A stretch of 64,000 nucleotides of DNA, from positions 380,774-444,773 of the forward strand of contig CBDESZ010000025.1 of the NCBI GenBank assembly GCA_965242725.1. The letters run 5' to 3'. The notes beneath the pieces were generated by a model. It searched no databases and was not told the origin of the DNA. It saw only the letters and a program-made list of their open reading frames with translations. A program made the translations under genes and the position numbers. Shown here in pieces: positions 8,723 to 19,977 of this stretch (the first letter of the stretch is position 1; every line of letters starts with the position of its first letter). Origin of the DNA: Alkalispirochaeta sp. (lineage in GTDB: Bacteria; Spirochaetota; Spirochaetia; DSM-27196; Alkalispirochaetaceae).

Positions 8723-10552
8723 TTAGCGCGCCGCGTCGGTAAGTCTGGAAAGGAAGGTGATATGGTAGCGGCACGATTCTTCGAGTGCCGAGTAGATGCG
8801 GTATGACTGGGATATGGATTCCTCGATCGTTGCCGGTCGATAACGCATCTCCTGCTCCAGCACGTCGTTTGCGAGAAACCCGACAACGTCACGATAGACC
8901 GCTCCGGTAAGCCGCGCGTCTATCGCGTCTAAGTCGGACGGATCGTCCTGACGCGATTGCAGCAAACGGCGACATACCGTGGTCCCATCATGTACCACCG
9001 TCTCGATATCCCGTATGATTGCAGTCAACTCGACGAGCGTTTCCGTCGCACTTTCACCCGCAGCCGGAGCGTTCCCCTGGAGACCGATAGGCGGAACGGT
9101 CGGCGGGTGCGGACCGTCCCCAGCCTCCGCCGTGAGGCGCTGTATACGTGAAACAGGATCCTCATGGGAAATGCCTTCAATGGCGGAGCCCCGTGGAGAG
9201 AGCACACTTGTATGCACCTCGGGGAACCGACGATTCTGCTCGGCAAACCATGAGCGATAGACGTCCATCCGGCCGTCGCTCAGGACGTCCCCGCCCTTCA
9301 GATCCGGCACATACCGCGGTGACGCCCCGTGGAGGTATCGCGACATGCCGTGTTCCGCAGGATGGAGCCGGTCCGCATTCCGGCGCAGGAGATTCTCAAA
9401 AAAGGAATCGCGGCAATGTGTCTGATTGTCCGGGAAGGCGAGATCCACACCCGCCATGGCGATATCCCGGGATCCGACGATCCGCGCAAGGTCCCACGCC
9501 GAGGTGGCAACGGATCCGCCCGCTCCCAGTTTCAGGTTTCGGTCAAAACGCCGGTCAAAAAAGGAGCCAAGGGGAAAGAGAGACGCCGACATCGAGACGG
9601 GGCCGTCATAGAGCCTGAGAATTCTCGGATGAACGGCCGGCTCGGCCACGAGTACCGTCGGCGACGGTGCAACGCGGTCAAAGTGGCGGCTGTTCCAGTA
9701 CTGCGGATCTGAAACGACGGCGAAGTGTGCGGTGACACCCAGGCGCTGTAACACCGGAATGGCGGTGTCCACGGCGATGATAAGATTGTGTGCGGCCAGT
9801 GCAGGGATGTAGGGGAGGATGTCGTCCAGAGTTGGACCGGCGCCACATACGACGGCGGGGAGGCGGGGAAAGCGATTCTCCAGCTCATCGATACCGCCCG
9901 TCGCGTGGCCGAAGACCGTGTTTCGTATCGTATTGCGTACCCACAGGCGTCCGAATCGCCGCAGGGTGTTGCGATTCACCGACGCCCGTTCCCGCATGGA
10001 ATGGAGCCGCTGGATCACCAGGGAATACCATTCCGCCGCGACCTCCTCAAAAGCTTCCAGGGCGATAACTCGCGGGTTGTAAATCTCAAGCTCCCGGAGC
10101 AGGACCGGCAGGACACCGCCCACCCAGGCGGGTACGATCCTGTCGGGCCCGAACTCCTTCCACCATGGGATAGAACGTGTCGCAAGAACCGTACTCACGA
10201 TGTGGGCGGAAAACGTTACGGCCACCACAGTGGTGCATTGATCCGCGGATGCGCGGCGCAGAGCCTCGATGTGATAGCCCATCCCCAGACCGACGCAGAC
10301 GTGTCCATCTGCGTGTTCGGTCACCTCCCGCGCCGCACGCCGCGCGGCTTCCCGGGACGGATCAAAGCGACTGTGGACAAATCGGGAACCGACCCTGAGG
10401 GTGAGCTGGCCGTTTCGCGCCGGCAGAAATTCGCATCGGGAAGAGTCAATTCCCCGCTCTGTTTCGTCGGAAAGGATTGCACGAAGATCCTGCGCAAGGG
10501 CCGGACGATCTTCCGCGATGGCGTCGATCACCGCCGAGAGGTCGCCGGTCAT
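8723..10552 (-). CDS. Motility-associated factor (Maf)/DUF115 glycosyltransferase-family protein
   Basis: HSRFDPSREA, GLGMGY, CGAGPTL, AVDTA, SDPQ, GGSVATSAWDLA, GVDLAF...THC. Confidence 0.85.
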   Translation of the reverse strand: MTGDLSAVIDAIAEDRPALAQDLRAILSDETERGIDSSRCEFLPARNGQLTLRVGSRFVHSRFDPSREAARRAAREVTEHADGHVCVGLGMGYHIEALRRASADQCTTVVAVTFSAHIVSTVLATRSIPWWKEFGPDRIVPAWVGGVLPVLLRELEIYNPRVIALEAFEEVAAEWYSLVIQRLHSMRERASVNRNTLRRFGRLWVRNTIRNTVFGHATGGIDELENRFPRLPAVVCGAGPTLDDILPYIPALAAHNLIIAVDTAIPVLQRLGVTAHFAVVSDPQYWNSRHFDRVAPSPTVLVAEPAVHPRILRLYDGPVSMSASLFPLGSFFDRRFDRNLKLGAGGSVATSAWDLARIVGSRDIAMAGVDLAFPDNQTHCRDSFFENLLRRNADRLHPAEHGMSRYLHGASPRYVPDLKGGDVLSDGRMDVYRSWFAEQNRRFPEVHTSVLSPRGSAIEGISHEDPVSRIQRLTAEAGDGPHPPTVPPIGLQGNAPAAGESATETLVELTAIIRDIETVVHDGTTVCRRLLQSRQDDPSDLDAIDARLTGAVYRDVVGFLANDVLEQEMRYRPATIEESISQSYRIYSALEESCRYHITFLSRLTDAAR

Positions 10553-12435
10553 TCAAGCTCCAGGGTAACGGTCATGCCCGGCTCAAAGGGAGTACCCGGC
10601 GGCGGATCCTGCGCGGCGACCCATCCGCTTCCCGACACCTTCACGGTGATGTCCTCCCTGTTCATGAGGGGAAGAATGGTTCGTGCCGAGAGTCCGCGAT
10701 AGTCGGGAAGGACCTCCCCGATGGGCGGCAACTCCCTGGAGTTTACGACAACCCTGCCGGGATGGCGCACGACGGTGTCGCTTTCCCGGGGAATGTTCCA
10801 GTAGGGCACGAGAAACTCAATGAGACGATCCGTGGCGGGGGCGGCTATACGTCCACCCAGATACTCCGGACCGCGTGGGTGATCGATAACGAGATATATG
10901 AGCAGTTCCGGCTGTTCCGCCGGAAACAGCGCCAGCGTGGAGGCGATAAAGTGTTCATCCGAGTATTCACCGGATACGGGGTCAAAGACTTCGGCGGTAC
11001 CCGTCTTGGCGGCCACCGTCACCCCTTCCACATTGATGCGCCGCGCAGTACCACCCGGTTCCGTTGAACTGCTCATGAGTTCGAGCATGGTTGCTGCGGT
11101 CTGGGGGGCGAGTACCTCCCGCACCGGCTCGCGTTCAAACCGGCGGATTACCTCGCCGGTGGGGGAGACGATGCGGTCCACGATCTGCGGACGCAGCAGC
11201 ATCCCGTCATTGGCCAGGGTGGATGCCGCGGCAACCATTTGTATTGCCGTCACGCCGATTTCCTGTCCAATGGCGATCGTCGGCCGTGAACGGGCGGACC
11301 AGTTCTCCGGTCGATTAAGGAGGCCTCGTTCCTCCCCGTTCAGGTCGATTCCGGTGGTCTCTCCGAATCCGAACTTCCGCAGCATCGCGTAGAAGGCGCC
11401 GGGGTCCACCGTTTCCGACGCGTAGGCTGCGCCGACGTTGCTTGAGTACTTGATGATCTCTTCCGCATTGATTCGACCGTAGTCCGCAAGATCGCGGATG
11501 ACGAACGCGCCGTCGTCGGAGCGATATCCGCCGGTGGTGTTGAAGGTGTCGTCCGGTTCAATGCCGCCGAGGTCAAGTATGCCGGCAACGGAAAAAACCT
11601 TGAAGACGCTGCCCGGTTCATAGATGTGCGAAATGAGACGGTTGCGCCGTCGTTCCGCGTCATAGGAGCGGAACGAGTTTGGATCGAAGGAGGGGCGCGC
11701 AGACATTGCAAGAAGATCCGCCGTTGTTGCGTCGGCGACGATGATCATGACCGAGTCTGCGTTGTAGGTCTGAAGCAGTTCGTCACCCAGCTCATCGGCA
11801 AAACTCTGGATTGCGAGATCAAGGGTAAGAAATACCTGATTGCCCATGACGATTTCACCGTCCCTGGGTTCGATATTTTCGACGCTCGGCTGGAGCTCCC
11901 CGGAGAACATGTATTCGATCCCTTCCAGTCCGATATCATCAACGCCGACGTAGCCGATGACGCTCGCCGCAGCTTCCCGTTCGGGATAACTTCGTCCGAA
12001 ATCCTCCTGGAGGGTAATGCCGTCGAGATTGCCCTGCTGAAACTCCCGCCGAATCGCATCGCTCTGACTGGGGGTAATCGTCCGCTGGACGATGAGAAAG
12101 TCCCGGGACGTACTGAACCGTTCATGCAGCTCTTCCCGCGGGACCTGGAGTATTTCAGCGAGGATGGTAATCGTAGAATCCATTTCGGAGACGTCGGGCT
12201 TCCAGGCGGTAACGGTATCGAGACGCGTTTGAATCGCCAGGATACGCCCGCGCCGATCCAGAATGGGACCACGTTCCACCTCGGGGGACGGAATGGGTGG
12301 TGCCGTCCGTTCTTCAACCAGCATCACCGCGGCGTAGCGGAAAAAAAGAAAAAAGGCGACTCCGAAAATGATGAAACCGAAGATACTCAGTCGACGTACT
12401 CGTTTTTCCGACGTATTTACTGAGGGAAAAGACAC
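10549..12435 (-). CDS. ftsI: Class B penicillin-binding protein (FtsI/PBP3-like) with C-terminal PASTA domain
   Basis: RGPILDRRG, GLEGIE, EPGSVFK (SxxK), SSN, KTGTA. Confidence 0.9.
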   Translation of the reverse strand: MSFPSVNTSEKRVRRLSIFGFIIFGVAFFLFFRYAAVMLVEERTAPPIPSPEVERGPILDRRGRILAIQTRLDTVTAWKPDVSEMDSTITILAEILQVPREELHERFSTSRDFLIVQRTITPSQSDAIRREFQQGNLDGITLQEDFGRSYPEREAAASVIGYVGVDDIGLEGIEYMFSGELQPSVENIEPRDGEIVMGNQVFLTLDLAIQSFADELGDELLQTYNADSVMIIVADATTADLLAMSARPSFDPNSFRSYDAERRRNRLISHIYEPGSVFKVFSVAGILDLGGIEPDDTFNTTGGYRSDDGAFVIRDLADYGRINAEEIIKYSSNVGAAYASETVDPGAFYAMLRKFGFGETTGIDLNGEERGLLNRPENWSARSRPTIAIGQEIGVTAIQMVAAASTLANDGMLLRPQIVDRIVSPTGEVIRRFEREPVREVLAPQTAATMLELMSSSTEPGGTARRINVEGVTVAAKTGTAEVFDPVSGEYSDEHFIASTLALFPAEQPELLIYLVIDHPRGPEYLGGRIAAPATDRLIEFLVPYWNIPRESDTVVRHPGRVVVNSRELPPIGEVLPDYRGLSARTILPLMNREDITVKVSGSGWVAAQDPPPGTPFEPGMTVTLELE

Positions 12436-12481
12436 AACGCACTATAATATGCTCCATTTTTCTTGTCGATACTGGGAGCAT

Positions 12482-13627
12482 ATGGTCAGCGTGATTGAGC
12501 ACCAAAAGGTCGCCCGCCGGCGCCGTCCCACCGGGACGGGGCGTACACCCCGGAAGTTGCGGGGAATCCAACCTATTCGAATTGCACGGAAATCCGGTGC
12601 TCCGGCAGTGAAGAGCGCACGAAAGAACGTACCGGTGCGGTTCTTTGCGACCCCCCACGGTATTTCAATCGATCTTCCTCGGGCGGATTATCCCGTCCTC
12701 GCCGCCGTCATCGTCTTCGCAATATTCGCAAACCTCATGCTCCTCTCCTTTCGATCCGATCGGATCATCCTTTCGGGAGTTCTGTCGGGAATCGCCCCGC
12801 CTCCCGCGCAGGAGCTGGTCATGCAGTCGCGCATTACCCCGCAGGAGAATGAGTTTGCCGTCATCGGGGAAGTGGCAGGAGTGGACCCCTCCCGTTTTGC
12901 ACGCCTGGAGGTGGAGACCTATACCGTCCGGCCGGGAGATACGCTCGGCGAAATCGCGCTCCGCTACGGGCTGGAAATGGACACCCTCATCAGTTTCAAC
13001 CAGATCGAGGATGTTCGACGTCTTCAGGCGGGAACGACGATGGAGGTTCCCAATCGGGACGGACTGCTCTACACCGTCAAGGGTGGGGATTCCCTCTCCT
13101 CCATAGCGGGCCGCCACGAAACGACGGTCAATGCGATTCTTGACGCCAATGACATGAAGAGTCAGGTGATCGATGTGGGACAGGTCATCTTCGTTCCCGG
13201 TGCGCGCCTGAACGACACGGAGCGCCGGATCATTCTGGGAGAACTCTTTGCGTGGCCGGCGAGGGGAACCTTTACCAGCGGGTTCGGTATGCGGGCGGAT
13301 CCCTTTACCGGATATCCCCGCTTTCACAACGGCGTCGATATGGCAAGCCGCATAGGGACGCCGATTCGGGCCGCCGCTTCAGGCAGGGTTGTCCATATAG
13401 AGACGCAGGTCGGGAACTACGGTCGATTTGTCATTCTGCGACACCCCGACGGGTTCCAGACGCTCTACGCCCACATGGACTCCTTTTCCGTGCGGAACGG
13501 ACAGTACGTCGACCGCGGCACCATCATCGGATCGATGGGAAACACCGGCCGAAGCACCGGTCCGCACCTGCACTTTTCAGTCATACACAACGGTACATTC
13601 GTTGACCCGTTGCGTTATCTTCATTGA
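12482..13627 (+). CDS. LysM x2 plus M23 peptidase (peptidoglycan endopeptidase)
   Basis: YTVRPGDTLGEIA, YTVKGGDSLSSIA, HNGVD, YAH, STGPHLHF; start uncertain. Confidence 0.9.
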   Translation: MVSVIEHQKVARRRRPTGTGRTPRKLRGIQPIRIARKSGAPAVKSARKNVPVRFFATPHGISIDLPRADYPVLAAVIVFAIFANLMLLSFRSDRIILSGVLSGIAPPPAQELVMQSRITPQENEFAVIGEVAGVDPSRFARLEVETYTVRPGDTLGEIALRYGLEMDTLISFNQIEDVRRLQAGTTMEVPNRDGLLYTVKGGDSLSSIAGRHETTVNAILDANDMKSQVIDVGQVIFVPGARLNDTERRIILGELFAWPARGTFTSGFGMRADPFTGYPRFHNGVDMASRIGTPIRAAASGRVVHIETQVGNYGRFVILRHPDGFQTLYAHMDSFSVRNGQYVDRGTIIGSMGNTGRSTGPHLHFSVIHNGTFVDPLRYLH

Positions 13628-13647
13628 TGTGATAAAGGATATACACA

Positions 13648-13722
13648 ATGCGCACATTAGTGATTACCGTCGTTATTCTGTTTGCAGTGTTTTCGTTTAT
13701 AAGCGCATATTCAGCGATATAG
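13648..13722 (+). CDS. 24-aa hydrophobic small ORF (signal-peptide-like; small protein or gene remnant)
   Basis: AAGGA RBS then MRTLVITVVILFAVFSFISAYSAI* in an AT-rich gap. Confidence 0.35.
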   Translation: MRTLVITVVILFAVFSFISAYSAI

Positions 13723-13766
13723 GCGGAAAGTATCTTTTCGGTCCTATTTAAATAATGCGACAGCTG

Positions 13767-16511
13767 TCACGTGTTTTTACCGTGACAGTGTTTATACTTC
13801 TTCCCGCTTCCACAGGGACACGGATCGTTCCGTCCCACCTTGGGATAGGTACGTCGAACCTGAGTCTGCCGGGGCTGGCTGCCTGCTGAGCCTGTCGCTC
13901 CGGCGTTGCCGCCCTTGGCGGGGGCGGCTCCAAGGAGACTCATATCGGTGTGGTGGGCCGTGCCCTGAACCTGTGCGGCAGGTTTGCGTTCCTCCATACC
14001 CTGCGCCTTGATTGCAAAAAGCATCCGGGCAATCCTGATTCTGATGTCCGCCAGAAGCTCATCAAAGATACGAAAGCCTTCAAGTTTGTACTCAAGGAGT
14101 GGGTTTTTCTGGGCGTAGCCGCGCAGGTACACCGCTTCTCTCAGCTCTTCAAGGTTTTCCAGGTGGTCCTGCCACCGCTGATCAACGGTTCGCAGATATT
14201 CTATCCGAATGATGAAGTTGAGGCGCTCCCTGCCGACGACCTCTTCCTTCCGCTGAAGTTCCGACCGCATATCCTGAAGAATGTTCCGTTCCAGCTCCTC
14301 GAGGGATAGGCCGGCGTACTCCGGGGCGGGGCGGGGTGCAAAGAAGAGGATCCGTTCCTGCAACTGGGTAAGGATTGTAGCCGCCGTCTGCTCGGAAATC
14401 GCGCGGTTGTCATCTATCTCGGCGAGGAGTTCCGCCGTCACGTCCTGGGCCGTCGTCAGGACGCGCTCAATGAGGGCGTGATCGTCCATGATGGCGTCCC
14501 GCTGCTCATAGATGACCTTCCGCTGTTCATTCACCACGTCGTCATACTCAAGCAGATGCTTCCGGATATCGAAGTTTCGCTCTTCAACCTTGCTCTGTGC
14601 CCGTTCAATTGACTTGTTGATGAGCGAATGGTTCAGCGGTTCTCCCGGTTCCAGCCCACGCTCCATGATCGCCTTGAGATTGAAACGGCCGCCCCCGAAA
14701 AGACGCATGAGATCGTCGTCCATGGAGAGAAAGAACCGGGATTCCCCGGGATCCCCCTGACGTCCGCTACGGCCGCGCAACTGATTGTCAATGCGTCGCG
14801 ATTCATGACGTTCCGTCCCCAGCACGTAGAGACCGCCAAGCTCCCGCACCTCCCGGTAGTCGTCAAGCCATTTCCGGCGTTCCCGTTCCAGGGCGGCAAA
14901 ATAGTCATCCCTCCCGGCATCGTCGGACAGACTCCGTCGCGCACGGAATTCCGGGTTGCCCCCGAGCTTGATGTCCGTACCGCGGCCGGCCATGTTGGTC
15001 GCAATAGTGACCGAACCTTTGGCGCCCGCTTCCGCCACAATCAGTGCTTCCCGGGCGTGGTTCTTGGCGTTGAGAACCTCATGGCGTACGCCCCGTTTTG
15101 TGAGGAGGGCGGATAGCTTTTCCGATCGTTCTATGGAAATCGTACCGACCAGGACAGGCTGCCCCTTTGTGTGGAGCCGTTCAAGCTCATCACAGATTGC
15201 CGTGTACTTGTCCTTTTCCGAAACGTAGATGACGTCATCCTGATCGAGCCGGGCGAGGGGGCGGTTGGTGGGAATAACGACGACATCGAGGCCGTAAATC
15301 TTTCCAAACTCCTTTGCCTCCGTCTCGGCGGTCCCGGTCATTCCCGAGATCTTGTCATACATGCGAAAGAAGTTCTGAAAGGTTATGGTCGCCAATGTTC
15401 TGTTCCGCGCGGCGACACGTATCCCCTCCTTTGCCTCTATGGCCTGATGGAGTCCTTCCGAATAGCGCCGGCCGTGGAGGATGCGTCCCGTGAATTCGTC
15501 GACAATTTCAACCTTTCCGTCCTTCACCACGTACTGCTGGTCCGCGTGAAAGAGACGGTGGGCGCGGAGCGCCTGCGTTGCATAGTGGATGTATTCAAAG
15601 TTTTCCTGGTCGAAGACGCTGCCGGAGATGATTTTCTTCCTGTTCAGCAACTCCTCAAGATGGTTGAGTCCTTCATCGGTGAAACTGATCTTCCGGGACT
15701 TCTCCTCAACCTTGTAGTCTCCCTCGGGTTCCTCCGGATAGTCACCGGTGGCCGGGTCCTTTGCGGCCTCAACAAGGTCCAGGACGATACGGTTGACCTC
15801 GCGAAACTTTGTCGTGTCGTCCTGGGCCTGACCGGAAATAATGAGGGGCGTCCTCGCCTCGTCAATGAGAATCGAGTCGATTTCGTCGATGATGCAGTAG
15901 TGATGGCTCCGCTGAACTTTGCTTGATTTGTCGTAACGCATATTGTCCCGGAGATAGTCGAATCCAAACTCGTTGTTCGTACCGTAGGTTATGTCGTTGC
16001 GGTACGCTTCTTTTCGGGCGTCATTGTCCATTTCCGAGACGATGTATCCCACCGATACACCGAGGTACTCAAAAACCGGTCCCATCCACTGGGCATCACG
16101 CTGTGCAAGGTAGTCGTTCACCGTAACTACGTGGACTCCCTTGCCGGTCAATGCGTTGGCGTAGGCCGCCGCAACGGAGGAGAGCGTCTTTCCCTCACCG
16201 GTTTTCATTTCCATGATCTTTCCCTGGTGAAGGACGAGAGCGCCGAGCATTTGAACGTCGTAGGGACGTTCTCCGAGGACGCGCCGTGCCGCTTCCCGTG
16301 CCACGGCAAAAACCTGCGGCAGGATTTCGTCAAGCTGACGGCCGCCATCCAGATCCCGGCGCCACCGGGCGGTCTGTTCCGTTATCTGGTCGTGAGAAAG
16401 GGCGAGAGCCCACGATTCCTGGGCATTGATCTGATGAAGGAGGGGGAGTAATTCTTTGAGGTCTGCTTCCGATTTTGAACCGAAAATACCCTGGACGAGT
16501 TGCTCGAGCAT
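13767..16511 (-). CDS. secA: Preprotein translocase ATPase SecA
   Basis: [36 protein letters not shown]-terminal [23 protein letters not shown]; start set at [12 protein letters not shown]. Confidence 0.98.
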   Translation of the reverse strand: MLEQLVQGIFGSKSEADLKELLPLLHQINAQESWALALSHDQITEQTARWRRDLDGGRQLDEILPQVFAVAREAARRVLGERPYDVQMLGALVLHQGKIMEMKTGEGKTLSSVAAAYANALTGKGVHVVTVNDYLAQRDAQWMGPVFEYLGVSVGYIVSEMDNDARKEAYRNDITYGTNNEFGFDYLRDNMRYDKSSKVQRSHHYCIIDEIDSILIDEARTPLIISGQAQDDTTKFREVNRIVLDLVEAAKDPATGDYPEEPEGDYKVEEKSRKISFTDEGLNHLEELLNRKKIISGSVFDQENFEYIHYATQALRAHRLFHADQQYVVKDGKVEIVDEFTGRILHGRRYSEGLHQAIEAKEGIRVAARNRTLATITFQNFFRMYDKISGMTGTAETEAKEFGKIYGLDVVVIPTNRPLARLDQDDVIYVSEKDKYTAICDELERLHTKGQPVLVGTISIERSEKLSALLTKRGVRHEVLNAKNHAREALIVAEAGAKGSVTIATNMAGRGTDIKLGGNPEFRARRSLSDDAGRDDYFAALERERRKWLDDYREVRELGGLYVLGTERHESRRIDNQLRGRSGRQGDPGESRFFLSMDDDLMRLFGGGRFNLKAIMERGLEPGEPLNHSLINKSIERAQSKVEERNFDIRKHLLEYDDVVNEQRKVIYEQRDAIMDDHALIERVLTTAQDVTAELLAEIDDNRAISEQTAATILTQLQERILFFAPRPAPEYAGLSLEELERNILQDMRSELQRKEEVVGRERLNFIIRIEYLRTVDQRWQDHLENLEELREAVYLRGYAQKNPLLEYKLEGFRIFDELLADIRIRIARMLFAIKAQGMEERKPAAQVQGTAHHTDMSLLGAAPAKGGNAGATGSAGSQPRQTQVRRTYPKVGRNDPCPCGSGKKYKHCHGKNT

Positions 16512-16584
16512 ACGGTCAAAGTATACCGTCCCGGATACACGGTCAAGTTGACATCCCCTCCCGGCAATGGCACTATCGTCGCGT

Positions 16585-17820
16585 ATGACCTTCCGAACGA
16601 TTCGCGTCTCGATTGTCGTCGTCGCTCTCCTTTCAGCCATTCTTCTCTCCGGGTGTGAGTACGGAACGGTCAACGTCCTGGAACGGGAACATCTCTTTGA
16701 ACTGACCATCGGGCGACTTGAAAATGAGCTGGACCTGATTACCCGCAACGGCGTACTCCCCAACCTGCGTACCTCCATCGCCATGCGCGACGGTTTTGTC
16801 TATGTCGGCAACGGCCCGGCAAACAAGGTCATGGAGTTTACCTCCTACGGCGATCTCATTCGCCTCGTCTACGATCCTGAGGACAATCCCGTCCCCGTCT
16901 CACTCGGCGCAGGCGAAGGCCGGGCGGAAGGCGCGACAAGCAGAACCCGTACCGCCTCGGAGTACGGTTTTGGTCAGGTCGGTTCTATCGCCGTCGACTC
17001 CCGCCGGTACATGTATGTTGAAGATCGTCTTCCCCCGGAACGCGCCGTATTTGACGACGATCTGGGTGTCCATCTGAACAGGATAATCGTACGGTTTGAC
17101 GAGACCGGAACGGCCCTGGACTACATCGGTCAGGAGGGAATCGGGGGAACGCCCTTTCCTTTCGTTGAATCCATATCGGTCACGGTGCGGGATGAGCTGG
17201 CCGTCGTCGCCAAGACGATGAACGGTCATTTCTTCTATCTCTTTTCGCCGGGGGGTGACCTGATGTACTCGGTCCGCATCGGCCTGGACCGTTTGCCGGT
17301 GCTTGAGGCGGGGAGTGATGTGATCGCCGTCCTGGAGGAGGTTGCCCCCGGTACCGATGGATATCGGGTCTATTTGAAGATCTCCTACTATCAGGCGGTC
17401 CGCGATCAGGCGACGGACAAAGAGTACGGCATCAATATGGTGGAGAGCAGGGTATACTGGATCGATCTGCTCACCGGGCGGTACGACGGATATTTTGAAC
17501 TTCCCGACACGACGGAAAACAATAATCGCCTTCACTATCAGCTCCTCGGCATCGCACGGGATGAATACGTCTATCTTGCGGCGCGTATCGATGTAGGCCG
17601 CATGCGCCTGCTTATCATGAACGATGAAGGCCGGGTGCTGCGGCGGCGGAATATCGCGATACCTGAGAACGACCTCGTCCTGCGCTCCTTCCACGTCGCT
17701 CCCGACGGCGTCCTCACGGGACTCCTTGGATACACGGAACGGGCGGACGTGGTGTGGTGGCGGGCTGATCGGTTGCTGCCCGAATCGGGAAGCGGCAACG
17801 GGGGTGCCGATGAATCCTGA
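16585..17820 (+). CDS. Spirochaete-type lipoprotein, beta-propeller-like (LIC_12708-like)
   Basis: Lipobox [16 protein letters not shown] and [13 protein letters not shown] motifs; divergent from secA. Confidence 0.7.
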   Translation: MTFRTIRVSIVVVALLSAILLSGCEYGTVNVLEREHLFELTIGRLENELDLITRNGVLPNLRTSIAMRDGFVYVGNGPANKVMEFTSYGDLIRLVYDPEDNPVPVSLGAGEGRAEGATSRTRTASEYGFGQVGSIAVDSRRYMYVEDRLPPERAVFDDDLGVHLNRIIVRFDETGTALDYIGQEGIGGTPFPFVESISVTVRDELAVVAKTMNGHFFYLFSPGGDLMYSVRIGLDRLPVLEAGSDVIAVLEEVAPGTDGYRVYLKISYYQAVRDQATDKEYGINMVESRVYWIDLLTGRYDGYFELPDTTENNNRLHYQLLGIARDEYVYLAARIDVGRMRLLIMNDEGRVLRRRNIAIPENDLVLRSFHVAPDGVLTGLLGYTERADVVWWRADRLLPESGSGNGGADES

Positions 17821-19381
17821 AGGCTATCTCCTTATGACGACCCGCGTCATGGCAGAAATTGACGGCCGGACGATACGCGACGCGGGGATACCCGGAAGTA
17901 CCCTCATGGAGAACGCGGGCCAAAAAGCATGGTCCGTCGTATCAGGGAAGCTCGGGAAGGGCAGCAGGCGAACGGTCGTTTTTGTCGCCGGGAACGGTAA
18001 TAACGGCGGAGATGCACTGGTAATGGCCCGGCAGTGTCTGGTGGAATCCTTTCATACGCCCCTGGTGGTCACGACCCGTTCTCAACTCAAGGGTGCAACG
18101 CAGGAGCAATGGAAGGTCGCGGAGCGGCTCGGTCTGTCAAGAAAAGCCTTTGAATCTGAGCGTAAAGAGGTTGAGAGAATCATCGCGTCCGCAGACTGCA
18201 TCGTAGACGGCGTCACCGGGACGGGACTCACCGCTCCTCTTCGTCACTTAGAAGAGGATCTGGTCTCCATGATCAACGCCGCGCGGGGCATTGTCTTTTC
18301 AATTGATCTCCCGTCGGGAATGCGCGACGGCGGCGGTGCAGAGGAGCGTACCGTCGTCGCCGACCATACGATCTGTACGGGCTATCGCAAACGGTGTCTC
18401 TATGCTCCCGCACGGAGAGCGGCGGCCGGTGAAATAACGTGGGTTGATCCCGGATTTCCCGAGGTCGAATTTTTCTCCGGGGACCAGTGGTATCCCCGCC
18501 GGTGGACCTCCCTGATTCCCGATTCCGTCGTAGACGCCTGCCGTCCCGCCGTTTCAGGTATGTCCCGGGACGCCCACAAGGGTGATCGCGGGCGGCTTGT
18601 TATCGTTGCCGGAGGGGACGGTACGGAAGGGGCGGCTCTGCTTGCGGCCCGGGGTGCAACAAGCAGCGGTGCCGGAATGGTTGCCGTCCATACAACCGAT
18701 CGCGCCTGCCTCGCGGGACTTACCGCACAGCCGGAGGTCATGTGGCGCTCCCGCATCCCGGGGGAAGACGATATCGCCTGGAGCGACGCCGTCGTCGTCG
18801 GTCCGGGTTGGACCGCGGGATCCGTGGATTCCCTTGCGACGATCATCGACCGTGCCCGGAAAGAGGAGCGTCCCGTTGTACTCGATGCGGCGGCGCTGCG
18901 ATTATTGGCGCCGGTTCTGACGGAGGACCGGGAACCCCTGTGGAGCGGCTGCGGTCCGGTCATTCTCACTCCCCATCCGGGAGAACTCGCCGATCTGGGG
19001 GGCGTATCCGTTGCGGAGGTCGTCGCAGACCCCTTCAACGTTCTCGACGGTGTCGCCCGAAGCGCCGCGTGGATGGGGGCTGTCACGATTATCCTCAAGG
19101 CATCCGCGACGATCATCCGTCGCAGCAACGGCGACTTTGCCGTCATTGACGGCCGGTGCCCGGAACTGGGTACCGCCGGCAGTGGGGACGTCCTTGCCGG
19201 TATTGTCGGCGGGCGCCTGTGCGGCAGGAAAGGGGCCGCCGCTGCTGAAGCACGGGCAATTGAAGGTGTCATGGAACACCTCCTCAGGGGCAGACAGCTG
19301 GCTCGGCGGATGGGTACCTTTTCGGCGGGACAACTGGCGGAATGGTCGATCCATGACGGGGTACACCTCCACAATGAGTAG
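17810..19381 (+). CDS. nnr: Bifunctional NAD(P)H-hydrate epimerase/dehydratase
   Basis: LMENAG, GNGNNGGDA, SIDLPSG, HKGDRG, LTPHPGE, GTAGSGDVLAG. Confidence 0.93.
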   Translation: MNPEGYLLMTTRVMAEIDGRTIRDAGIPGSTLMENAGQKAWSVVSGKLGKGSRRTVVFVAGNGNNGGDALVMARQCLVESFHTPLVVTTRSQLKGATQEQWKVAERLGLSRKAFESERKEVERIIASADCIVDGVTGTGLTAPLRHLEEDLVSMINAARGIVFSIDLPSGMRDGGGAEERTVVADHTICTGYRKRCLYAPARRAAAGEITWVDPGFPEVEFFSGDQWYPRRWTSLIPDSVVDACRPAVSGMSRDAHKGDRGRLVIVAGGDGTEGAALLAARGATSSGAGMVAVHTTDRACLAGLTAQPEVMWRSRIPGEDDIAWSDAVVVGPGWTAGSVDSLATIIDRARKEERPVVLDAAALRLLAPVLTEDREPLWSGCGPVILTPHPGELADLGGVSVAEVVADPFNVLDGVARSAAWMGAVTIILKASATIIRRSNGDFAVIDGRCPELGTAGSGDVLAGIVGGRLCGRKGAAAAEARAIEGVMEHLLRGRQLARRMGTFSAGQLAEWSIHDGVHLHNE

Positions 19382-19946
19382 GGAAGAGCCGGACAGGACG
19401 GTGAAGGGCACACCGGGACGCGAGGGACTCCGCCCGACGCCGTGGCGAAATGCGCCTGTGGAGCACGACTATTCGAGACGCCCCGGCGGAGGAACGTCCC
19501 CAGACGACAAAAGGGCTTCAAAGATATTCCGCGGAAATCGGGGGCTGATGATAACCCTCATCGATGTCGTCATTGTTGCGATAATCTTTGTCATTTTCTA
19601 TACGATTCTTGAGCCGCTGTCACAGGCGGTTGTAATCGCTCCCTACCGGGTCACTATAGACAGCCGTATGGAGGAACGGGCTCTCATCGTCGAAGCGGTG
19701 GTACACCATAGGAAACCGACGATATTCTCCACGGCGACCGATGACCCCGGCGAACTGATGCAGCCGGTGGTGACGATCGGACTGGACGACGGAGAACCGT
19801 CGATATCGGATCTCGCGCCGCGGGAAGGGGAAAGACGGCGCATGGAGCTTGTCGTTGCCCGGGAACACATTGAAAACATGGAACTTTTTTCGCTGAACGT
19901 ACAAATCGGAAACGAACGGCGAGTCTATATAGTAGATCTTCGTTGA
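19374..19946 (+). CDS. Hypothetical single-TM protein
   Basis: Overlaps nnr stop; TM segment ITLIDVVIVAIIFVIFY. Confidence 0.7.
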   Translation: MSREEPDRTVKGTPGREGLRPTPWRNAPVEHDYSRRPGGGTSPDDKRASKIFRGNRGLMITLIDVVIVAIIFVIFYTILEPLSQAVVIAPYRVTIDSRMEERALIVEAVVHHRKPTIFSTATDDPGELMQPVVTIGLDDGEPSISDLAPREGERRRMELVVAREHIENMELFSLNVQIGNERRVYIVDLR

Positions 19947-19971
19947 CCAGAAGCTGATTAGGACATATCTT
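19943..19971 (+). promoter_or_regulatory. sigma70-type promoter for a leaderless transcript
   Basis: TTGACC(19943)-17bp-TATCTT(19966-19971), 6 nt before ATG 19978; no RBS. Confidence 0.55.
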
Positions 19972-19977
19972 TTACGT

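Noticed and set aside
16512..16784. N-terminal extension of SecA in the ORF track
   Set aside because: Overlaps the divergent lipoprotein gene; SecA-like sequence begins at 16511
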